The translations under genes were made by a program, and so were the position numbers. The notes beneath the pieces were generated by a model. It made no database searches. It was not told where the DNA came from and saw only the letters and a list, made by a program, of their open reading frames with translations. A DNA stretch of 35,111 nt from the NCBI GenBank assembly GCA_036986095.1, contig BTQX01000003.1, positions 1-35,111 on the forward strand. The letters run 5' to 3'. This stretch comes from Gammaproteobacteria bacterium (GTDB lineage: Bacteria; Pseudomonadota; Gammaproteobacteria; BMS3Bbin11). How positions within the stretch are numbered: position 1 is the first letter of the stretch; the number at the start of each line of letters is the position of its first letter. Positions 27,867 through 35,111 of this stretch are shown here, piece by piece.

Positions 27867-28843
27867 GTTTTTGATTCACCCACATCAACTGTTACTTTTC
27901 TTCTGAACATAAATACAATGCCGCCCATTACGCCTAGCAGCGTGATCAGGATAAATGACATCCAGGAAAAGGCCAGAGCATCTGCACTGTTCACCCCATA
28001 TAAACCAAATAGTGCGACAAATATCAACTCACGAACGCCTATGGCATTGATTGATACAGGAATCATCATCACCACTATCGCTACTGGAATAATGATAAAC
28101 ATCGCACTTAATGGGATATCGATACTCAATGACAAAGCTAAAAGATAGTAGTGAAAAATTACGTTTAACTGCAGGAGAACCGACAATATTAAAGCAATAG
28201 AAAGCACCCCAGGTTTACCGTTATAGACTGCAAACACATCAAATACCTTCAGCAGGATGCGTTTCAGTGTACCTGCACTTTCCTGGTTTCCTGTGTGTAA
28301 ATACCGACTGATTACAGCCGCTTTAAAAAACAGTATGTAGATAGCGACAATTCCGACAAATACCGCAAACAGTACCCATAATTTGAAATCAGGAATAAAA
28401 GATACATTGTGTGATGTCAATAACAATGCCAATAGTGCAAACATAAACAAAGTAAAAATACCCAGTAGTCGATCGATGAAAATAATTGAAACCGATTGCG
28501 TCTTGCCGCCGCCCATTTTCCAGGTGTCGTAGGCACGCATTGCATCGCCGCCTATTGTTGACGGCAGAAAATTATTAAAAAAGACTGCCACAATCATCGA
28601 TTTCACCAGCGTGGAAAAACTTGCCGTCACACCCTGCACCGCAAGCAATAATTTCCATCTTGAAGCGATAATACAAAGACCTACAAAGTATAGAAAAAAA
28701 GCACTGATAATTAGCCATTTATTTGCACGGGAGAACGCCAGCCAGACATCATCGAGATTGACCTTGCTGAGTATGCTTCCTATTAGAACTAGCGCAATTA
28801 GCACTTTTAGCAAAATAAGCAGCTTGAATTTTGTTTTGTCCAT
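27863..28843 (-). CDS. Lysylphosphatidylglycerol-synthase TM (UPF0104, flippase-like) membrane protein
   Basis: SRWKLLL, FFNNFLPSTIGGDAMR, IFIDRLLG, IPVSINAIGVRE. Confidence 0.9.
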   Translation of the reverse strand: MDKTKFKLLILLKVLIALVLIGSILSKVNLDDVWLAFSRANKWLIISAFFLYFVGLCIIASRWKLLLAVQGVTASFSTLVKSMIVAVFFNNFLPSTIGGDAMRAYDTWKMGGGKTQSVSIIFIDRLLGIFTLFMFALLALLLTSHNVSFIPDFKLWVLFAVFVGIVAIYILFFKAAVISRYLHTGNQESAGTLKRILLKVFDVFAVYNGKPGVLSIALILSVLLQLNVIFHYYLLALSLSIDIPLSAMFIIIPVAIVVMMIPVSINAIGVRELIFVALFGLYGVNSADALAFSWMSFILITLLGVMGGIVFMFRRKVTVDVGESKT

Positions 28844-28888
28844 TTTGTGTTGCTGTTGTTAAGCCCTGGATCAAAATTTCAAAGTTAA

Positions 28889-28975
28889 GGAACCTCTGAT
28901 TAATTCTGGACGAAGTAGATTGCGATCTAAAATATTCAGGTTTGAGGCGGAAATCGCGCGTAATAGCTAGATATT
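28889..28975 (+). mobile_element. Truncated MITE copy (left end)
   Basis: TTAA|GGAACCTCTGAT...CGAAGTAGATTGCGATCTAAAATATTCAGG.TTGAGGCG...TAATAGCT, highly similar to 33520-33606. Confidence 0.8.
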
Positions 28976-29094
28976 AACACGACAGGACAATCTGCCGAAT
29001 ATACAGATAGTTTTCAGGCTTAATCAAAGTTACTGCCCCATAAAAATCCACCGATCTGGTATATTAGAGGTAACTGGGATCTGACCCGGGTTTT

Positions 29095-29700
29095 TTGAAG
29101 ATGAAGATGATAATGAGAATTCAAACCACAAAGCGAATAATCGTTTCTATGGTGACGATAATTGTCGTCGCCGCTGGTATGACGAGCAATACTGTCCGGG
29201 CCGCTGAGCTGAAGGAACTGATAGGCGAAGTCGGAATGGCCATGCTCTTAAACCCGGATGAGGCACCCGATTTCGTGCTGAAAAACCTCAATGGTGAGAC
29301 AGTTAAGTTAAGCGACTATCGCAATAAAATTGTACTGTTGAATTTTATGGCGACCTGGTGCCACTGGTGCCAGAAAGAAATGCCGCATTTGCAAAAGTTG
29401 CATGAAAAATTCCGCGACCGAAATTTTGCCATTGTGGTGGTGTTTCAGGACCGGGAAGGTGCGAGTGCCGTCGTGCCCTTTATGAAAGAATACGGTTACA
29501 CATTTGCCATCAGTTCCGGCTTGCTGGATCCCACCGGAGAGGTGGGTGACCTGTATAGTGTAACCGGGACCCCGACGACATTGCTCATTGACCGGACAGG
29601 CAAGGTAATCGCCTGGGGGATGGGGTACCGGGACTGGTTCAGCCAACCATCCATTGATTTGATCGAAAAACTCCTGGAACCGAAGACCAGCAATAAATAA
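29095..29700 (+). CDS. TlpA/ResA-like thiol:disulfide oxidoreductase (start uncertain)
   Basis: APDFVLKNLNG, LLNFMATWCHWCQKEMP, GTPTTLLIDR; N-terminal signal or anchor. Confidence 0.92.
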   Translation: MKMKMIMRIQTTKRIIVSMVTIIVVAAGMTSNTVRAAELKELIGEVGMAMLLNPDEAPDFVLKNLNGETVKLSDYRNKIVLLNFMATWCHWCQKEMPHLQKLHEKFRDRNFAIVVVFQDREGASAVVPFMKEYGYTFAISSGLLDPTGEVGDLYSVTGTPTTLLIDRTGKVIAWGMGYRDWFSQPSIDLIEKLLEPKTSNK

Positions 29701-29712
29701 CGGAACTCACCG

Positions 29713-30558
29713 CTAATCTATCTTAAGCAGCTTTGATTCCAGTTCGATCAGCCATTCTGGAGTGGCAGAGAAGTACGTATTCAGGTCACTGATTGAGCCA
29801 ATCAAAAGTAGTATGCCGATAATCAGCAGCAAAACGCCACTGACGGTCTCAATGATATGTCCGTGGCGGTTGATCTTCTTTAAAAGGCCGGTGGCACGGC
29901 CCAATAACACCGCTGTCAGCAGGAATGGAATCGCCAGTCCCAGGGAGTAGGCAGACAGCAGAGCGGCAGACTTCATGACCGCTGCAACGGGGTCGGTGCC
30001 ATAGGTAGACCCGGCAGCGAGGGTAAGAATGGCACCCAGCAGGGGGCCTATGCAGGGCGTCCATCCCGCCGCAAAGCTCACACCCACCACACCCGAGCGA
30101 ATATAACCCGGTGTATTGCTGTGCTTGGTCTGGACGCGGCGCTCAGGGAGAATGATTGCATCCAGTTTATCGTCGATGGCGACAAGCACCCGATGCAAGC
30201 GCGGCAGTGCTGCCAGCCAGACCTCTCCCTTTTTGATAATGCGGGACATGTGTATCCCCAGAATAATGAGGACTACACCACCAATCTTTGTCAGTATGTC
30301 GGCAAAATCAGTACGTAGGTAGGTGCCAAACACCAGACCCATTGAGGCCCCGATCAGTATGAATACAAAAGAGAAGCCGAGAACAAATACCAACGCATGC
30401 GCGAACATCCGAGAGCGTGATATATTGTCATCATCAGCGACTGAGACACCCGTGAGATAACTGAGGTACACCGGCATCAGCGGTAAAACGCACGGGGATA
30501 AGAATGATAACAGGCCAGCCAATACCGCCAGCATGTAGGTAATGTCTCCAGCGCCCAT
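29713..30558 (-). CDS. ccdA: Cytochrome c biogenesis CcdA (DsbD transmembrane domain)
   Basis: AGLLSFLSPCVLPL and GWTPCIGPLLG, the two PC motifs; YSLGLAIPF. Confidence 0.92.
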   Translation of the reverse strand: MGAGDITYMLAVLAGLLSFLSPCVLPLMPVYLSYLTGVSVADDDNISRSRMFAHALVFVLGFSFVFILIGASMGLVFGTYLRTDFADILTKIGGVVLIILGIHMSRIIKKGEVWLAALPRLHRVLVAIDDKLDAIILPERRVQTKHSNTPGYIRSGVVGVSFAAGWTPCIGPLLGAILTLAAGSTYGTDPVAAVMKSAALLSAYSLGLAIPFLLTAVLLGRATGLLKKINRHGHIIETVSGVLLLIIGILLLIGSISDLNTYFSATPEWLIELESKLLKID

Positions 30559-31086
30559 AGTTCAAGCTCTCAATTGTGAGTTGTATTCATGTAATTGCGA
30601 TATCCGGTTTTGCGTGAACAGCCCGGACAGAAGCGGGAGTTACGGGTGGAATAAAGTTCGGCCATCTACTCGATCGCCATTTCTGCATAGCAGTCCCCAA
30701 TCTTACCGGAGTCTGTTCGTGGCAGGAAAGACAAGTATTAACCTATCGTAAATATCAACGGGTAGATATTAGCAGAATTGCGTATTTGAGAGAATTGTTC
30801 TGACCTGCCTTTTATTCACTATTCTGCGCATATCATGCATGCTCATTGCGACACTCATTCGCTATATCCTGTCATTCACACGGATATGGTTCCTCTATTA
30901 ATTCATGAATATAATATTGAATCACAATCTGAGATATCCAGAATCAATAGAGGGATTCCTAGTGTAAAAGTTGTGTGTAGGTGACAGGTCAAGCCGTTCT
31001 TTCTGTTATTCACTCCATATCACGCTCAGAACCAGCTCAGTCATAAATCAATATCTGTACTTCACACGCAAGCTGATTCTGCTAAC

Positions 31087-33519
31087 ATGCTGACAGTGAC
31101 GGGATGGCGCAAAATTTTGATCAACAAACGAGCACTAGTGATTTTGTCTATCGTCCTGTTGTTGGCTATTCTCGTCTATAAAAACCCCGTGTCACCGCCC
31201 CCTATGGAGAGCGAACCGGCATCGATTGCATCGGAGCTATCGTCGATCCTGCTGGATGGTCCGGTGGCATACGATCAGGTTAAACCGGTTCTGGAGCGAC
31301 GCTGTGTGGTCTGCCACGGGTGTTTCGATGCGCCCTGTCAGCTGAAACTCTCCTCAAACGAAGGTCTTCGACGAGGTGGCAGTGAAGAACTGGTCTACGA
31401 TTCCAAGCGTATTAGACCTGTTCAACCAACGCGCCTGTTCGTGGATGCCAGTAGCACAGCACAATGGCGTTCCCGCGGGTTTAATTCGGTACTCAATGAG
31501 GGCCAACAGACACCTGAACAAAACTTGAAAAACTCGGTACTATACCGACTACTGCGATTGAAACAGCAGCATCCACAGCCCGGCTCTGACCGGTTGCCGG
31601 ACAGCTTCACCCTGGAGCTTGACCGCGAACAGACCTGTCCAACGCTGGAATCCGTTGATAAATTCTCCCGCAAGCATCCGTTATGGGGCATGCCCTATGC
31701 CATGCCAAATCTTCCCCCACAGGAATACCGTACCCTCGTTTCCTGGCTGGCCCAGGGTTCACCGGCACCGGCACCACCAGGTCCCTCCACCACAGTGCTG
31801 CCGCAGATTAATCAATGGGAAAACTTTCTAAATCAGTCATCCAGCAAACAGCAATTGGTCAGCCGTTACCTCTATGAACACCTGTTTCATGCGCATATCC
31901 ATTTTGCCGGGTCACCGGCACGAGAGGTCTACCGGCTAGTGCGCTCTATCACACCATCCGGACAGACCATCGAAGAGATCCCGACAGTACGCCCCTATGA
32001 TGACCCCGGTGCCGCGCCATTTTATTATCGACTATTGAGATATCATCCAAGTATTGTCTTAAAGAATCATATCGTCTACGAATTCTCCGACCGGCGTATG
32101 CAACGTTACCGTGAACTTTTTCTGGATTCCGATTACACCGTACGTGCACTACCATCCTACCGGCCGGAGATTGCCACAAACCCTTTCAAGGTATTTGCTG
32201 CTATCCCGGTAACGTCGCGTTACCGCTTTCTGCTGGATGATGCGCGTTTCTTTATCGAAGGTTTTGTCAAAGGTCCGGTCTGCCGTGGGCAGGTCGCACT
32301 GAATGTTATTGAAGACCAGTTCTGGGTAATGTTCTTTGACCCAGACCAGGCAGTGTTTACCAATAATGCACAGTTCATCTCAGAAATTGCCGATGACCTG
32401 CAGATCCCGGCTGACCGCCCCGGCAACCTGGATTTGCTCGATATCTGGACAGATTACTGGCAACGTCAGCGGCGCTACATGGAGGCCAAACAGGCCCGGT
32501 TCGAGAAATTCAGTTCGCATAAAATTGATCACGCCATGAACTACATCTGGGACGGAAACGGTGAAAATCCCAATGCGGCCCTGACCATTTTCCGGCATTT
32601 CGACAGCGGCTCAGTAGCGTACGGACTGGTGGGTGGCAACCCCGAAACTGCCTGGGTGCTCGATTACCCACTGTTTGAACGTATCCATTATCTGCTGGTG
32701 GCCGGATATAACGTATACGGCAATGTCGTTCATCAACTGAATACAAGAATCTACATGGATTTCCTGCGTATGGAAGGGGAGGACCAATTCCTGGCCTTCC
32801 TTCCTGTAGCCCAGCGAAAGGTGATACGTGACGCCTGGTATATTGGTCAGCGGCGTCAGATTGAGAAATTGTTTCCTGCGCCGAAGGACTGGTTGAACAT
32901 TAAGTCTGTTAGCGGCTACCAGACTGATGATCCGCAGCAGGAGCTCTACCAACGGATAAAGGACAGGCTTGCCGGCGTGGCACAGCGCGCAGAAGCAATG
33001 AACTACTGTGGCAGTATCGTGTGTAAAAAGCCATCAACCGATATGACCATGTTACGTGTCGATCGTGCCATGAATGAGATTGCACGGATGCAGGGCACAA
33101 AATTACGTGCTTTTCCTGATGTCGCTTTTGTGCGTGTCAGGATGGAAAACCCGGAGCAGGATCTGGCCTATAGCCTTATCCGCAACAAGGCTTACAAGAA
33201 TGTCACCTCCTTTCTTGCAGACGAACGTGAACGAGACCGCTCGGACATCGACCGCGATACCATGACCGTGGTGAAGTGGCTGGAAGGTTCCTATCCAAAT
33301 TTCTTTTTTTCAGTGGCGCTATCAGATATAGAAAATTTCACAAAACACAGCGCGGCCATTCGTAATCACGACGATTATGAAAAGTTTGTTGATCAGTATG
33401 GTGTTAGACGCACCAATCCAGAGTTCTGGGAACTTGCCGACTGGTTCCAGGATGAATACAAAAAAAATAAACCTGTCATGTCGGGATTGTTTGACCTGAA
33501 TCGTTATCTAAATCGCTAG
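31087..33519 (+). CDS. cti: Fatty acid cis/trans isomerase (heme c protein)
   Basis: RRCVVCHGCFDAPCQLKLSS (CxxCH), RYLYEHLF, GFVKGPVCRGQVALNVI, YMDFLRMEGE, SGLFDLNRY. Confidence 0.93.
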   Translation: MLTVTGWRKILINKRALVILSIVLLLAILVYKNPVSPPPMESEPASIASELSSILLDGPVAYDQVKPVLERRCVVCHGCFDAPCQLKLSSNEGLRRGGSEELVYDSKRIRPVQPTRLFVDASSTAQWRSRGFNSVLNEGQQTPEQNLKNSVLYRLLRLKQQHPQPGSDRLPDSFTLELDREQTCPTLESVDKFSRKHPLWGMPYAMPNLPPQEYRTLVSWLAQGSPAPAPPGPSTTVLPQINQWENFLNQSSSKQQLVSRYLYEHLFHAHIHFAGSPAREVYRLVRSITPSGQTIEEIPTVRPYDDPGAAPFYYRLLRYHPSIVLKNHIVYEFSDRRMQRYRELFLDSDYTVRALPSYRPEIATNPFKVFAAIPVTSRYRFLLDDARFFIEGFVKGPVCRGQVALNVIEDQFWVMFFDPDQAVFTNNAQFISEIADDLQIPADRPGNLDLLDIWTDYWQRQRRYMEAKQARFEKFSSHKIDHAMNYIWDGNGENPNAALTIFRHFDSGSVAYGLVGGNPETAWVLDYPLFERIHYLLVAGYNVYGNVVHQLNTRIYMDFLRMEGEDQFLAFLPVAQRKVIRDAWYIGQRRQIEKLFPAPKDWLNIKSVSGYQTDDPQQELYQRIKDRLAGVAQRAEAMNYCGSIVCKKPSTDMTMLRVDRAMNEIARMQGTKLRAFPDVAFVRVRMENPEQDLAYSLIRNKAYKNVTSFLADERERDRSDIDRDTMTVVKWLEGSYPNFFFSVALSDIENFTKHSAAIRNHDDYEKFVDQYGVRRTNPEFWELADWFQDEYKKNKPVMSGLFDLNRYLNR

Positions 33520-33676
33520 GGAACCTCTGATGTGTCTGGTCGAAGTAGATTGCGATCTAAAATATTCAGGCTTGAGGCGAAAACCGCACTTAATAGCTGG
33601 CTATTGCGAAGTTTGTAACGAAAAAACTGGGTGTTTTAGGGGTAAGATACGAGTTCATGAATTGATCAGAGGTTCC
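33520..33676. mobile_element. 157-bp MITE with 12-bp perfect terminal inverted repeats
   Basis: GGAACCTCTGAT (33520-33531) ... ATCAGAGGTTCC (33665-33676). The left flank CTAG contains the cti stop; a second copy lies at 28889. Confidence 0.82.
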
Positions 33677-33885
33677 ATATACATTATTAGAGAAAACTTG
33701 TTACTATCAATAGTTGGAACAACGATACCTTATTCATTTGTGTTATATGTACTGAACTATCACAAATAGAAACAACATCGCCAGTATTGTTGCGTCCATG
33801 AAAATGATTTGTTAATTTCAAGTGAAGCGACTGAAATTTTTCTCCTGACATGCCTGCAGCAAAGAACAGGCAAAGGATATTCTAA

Positions 33886-34248
33886 ATGAGCATGCTAGAA
33901 CAATACGGACTGCTGATTGGCTTAATAATAGGCACTCTGGGTTTCGTACTGAGCCTGTATGCGCTAGCCCGCTCGCTAGGCAAGGCGCGCCAGGAGCCCG
34001 GTAAAGACGTACCTGCCACGTCTGGCCAATTGTCACGCGACCCGGTCTGGGTGCGCTATCACGCGCGCTACTATGGCTACGCGTTATTATTTTTGTCCTT
34101 CGATATGGAAATGGCCTACATGTATCCCTGGGCCGTAGTTTACAAGGAGGTGGGACTGGTCGCCCTGCTCGACATGGGAGTCTTTCTGGCCATTCTGTTT
34201 CTCGGATTGCTATACGGTTGGAGTCAGGGTGCGCTGCGGAGACAATAA
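33886..34248 (+). CDS. Divergent NADH-quinone oxidoreductase subunit A (NuoA/ND3)-like membrane protein
   Basis: Three hydrophobic segments; RYYGYALLFLSFDMEMAYMYPWAVV and LLYGWSQGALR match the NuoA pattern FY..A.LF..FD.E..FL.PWA and Y.W..GAL; 120 aa. Confidence 0.88.
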   Translation: MSMLEQYGLLIGLIIGTLGFVLSLYALARSLGKARQEPGKDVPATSGQLSRDPVWVRYHARYYGYALLFLSFDMEMAYMYPWAVVYKEVGLVALLDMGVFLAILFLGLLYGWSQGALRRQ

Positions 34249-35111
34249 TTGATAACCGGCGCTCGTCAGGGAAGACCCTCCGTATTACGTAGGCTGGTTG
34301 CCACCGCAATGGCCCGAGATCTCGGTGTTTTCATCATTCCAGGCCCCGATATAGCCCGCACCCATGGACTGGATATCGAAGAGGCTGGACTGCACAGGGT
34401 CACCAGCCCACGTCACGCCAGTGTACTGCTGGTGGTCGGTGTTATCCCACCGGTGCTATGCGAGGCTGCAGCGGTTATCTACGCCCAGATGGTACGTCCA
34501 CGAGTAATATTCGCGCTGGGCACAGGGGCGCTTTCTCCCCTGCCTGATGCTGATGTTGTAGGCGATCTTTCACAGCAAGGGCTAATCGACGGAGTAAAGC
34601 TACTGCGCACCGCTATAGCCGAGGGGGCCTTCAGTGAAGAAGTCTCGGATTTTGACGCGCCTGTGCTACAGATTCGTATCGAATACACCTGTCCCATGCA
34701 CCCTGAAATCGTTCGAGACGAACCGGGGTCCTGTCCAAAATGCGGTATGACTTTGGTCTTACGCGAGGCACAGGCCACGGCAGGACATGCGCACACTGAT
34801 CAGCAGGAGGACACATCAACCCATGACCACTGCGATCATCACCACATGGATCATGATGCTCCTGTCGAGTATACCTGCCCCATGCATCCGGAAGTTGTGC
34901 AGGATGAACCGGGATCCTGCCCAAAGTGCGGTATGGATTTGGTGCCCCGCGATGCGCAGTCTGAATCTACCCATGATCATCGCCACATGACTCACGATGC
35001 ACCGGTCGAATACACCTGCCCTATGCATCCGGAAGTCGTGCAGGATGAACCGGGGTCATGCCCTAAGTGCGGTATGGATTTGGTGCAACGTGACGCGCAA
35101 ACTGAACCAGC
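34249..35111 (+). CDS. NuoB-like (Fe-S ligand-less) domain fused to at least 3 heavy-metal-binding YTCPMHP repeats; partial, runs off the window
   Basis: Manual translation from TTG 34249 (alternative ATG 34309) is open to the end: ...[18 protein letters not shown]...[18 protein letters not shown]... then three EYTCPMHPE(I/V)[16 protein letters not shown] units with His-rich linkers. Confidence 0.88.
   Translation, partial: MITGARQGRPSVLRRLVATAMARDLGVFIIPGPDIARTHGLDIEEAGLHRVTSPRHASVLLVVGVIPPVLCEAAAVIYAQMVRPRVIFALGTGALSPLPDADVVGDLSQQGLIDGVKLLRTAIAEGAFSEEVSDFDAPVLQIRIEYTCPMHPEIVRDEPGSCPKCGMTLVLREAQATAGHAHTDQQEDTSTHDHCDHHHMDHDAPVEYTCPMHPEVVQDEPGSCPKCGMDLVPRDAQSESTHDHRHMTHDAPVEYTCPMHPEVVQDEPGSCPKCGMDLVQRDAQTEP
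34681..35087 (+). repeat. Three coding repeats of a heavy-metal-binding domain
   Basis: Units begin at 34681, 34867 and 35008 (spacing 186 and 141 nt). Units 2 and 3 encode an identical core, [26 protein letters not shown]. Confidence 0.93.

Noticed and set aside
30588-30742. Minus-strand frame containing CLSCH (heme-c-like motif) upstream of ccdA
   Set aside because: It is preceded by an in-frame stop with no start codon before the motif and has no other cytochrome features; probably chance.
33530-33769. 79-aa ORF after cti
   Set aside because: It lies largely within the MITE and has no recognisable protein features.
33799-33860. Possible copper-responsive operator upstream of the nuoA-like gene (TGAAAATGATTTGTTAATTTCA)
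   Set aside because: The palindrome is weak and lies in AT-rich DNA; it is not a convincing match to a CusR/CopR or CueR box.
34479-35028. Short ORFs listed at 34479-35028 on both strands
   Set aside because: They are shadows of the real open frame starting at 34249, which the track omitted because it has no stop within the window.

Overview
This window is chromosomal DNA from a proteobacterium, most likely a Gammaproteobacterium. The DsrE, standalone S24, DUF1841 and LDH-like Mdh genes suggest a chemolithotroph-type lineage, which is inference. Positions 1-26.7 kb are mostly housekeeping: dcd, apbC, metG, a short rnfB-like gene, nth, a FIST protein, DUF1841, an orphan oppA, murJ, rpsT, malic enzyme, mdh, panB, an SLC13 permease, a GST/HxlR/gloB detox group, panD and sucCD. 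Many intergenic gaps hold palindromic repeats of at least four families, and several are nested inside one another. Positions 27-35 kb look accessory and stress or metal related: a CDF exporter, a flippase-like protein, TlpA, CcdA, cis/trans isomerase and IS-type MITE ends. The window ends in the best candidate for an uncharacterised system. A divergent NuoA-like gene is followed in frame by an ORF missing from the ORF track (34249 to past the window end). That ORF fuses a NuoB-like domain lacking its Fe-S cysteines to at least three YTCPMHP...CPKCGM heavy-metal-binding repeats with His-rich linkers. I saw no tRNA, rRNA or CRISPR array. All family assignments come from motif recognition, not database searches.
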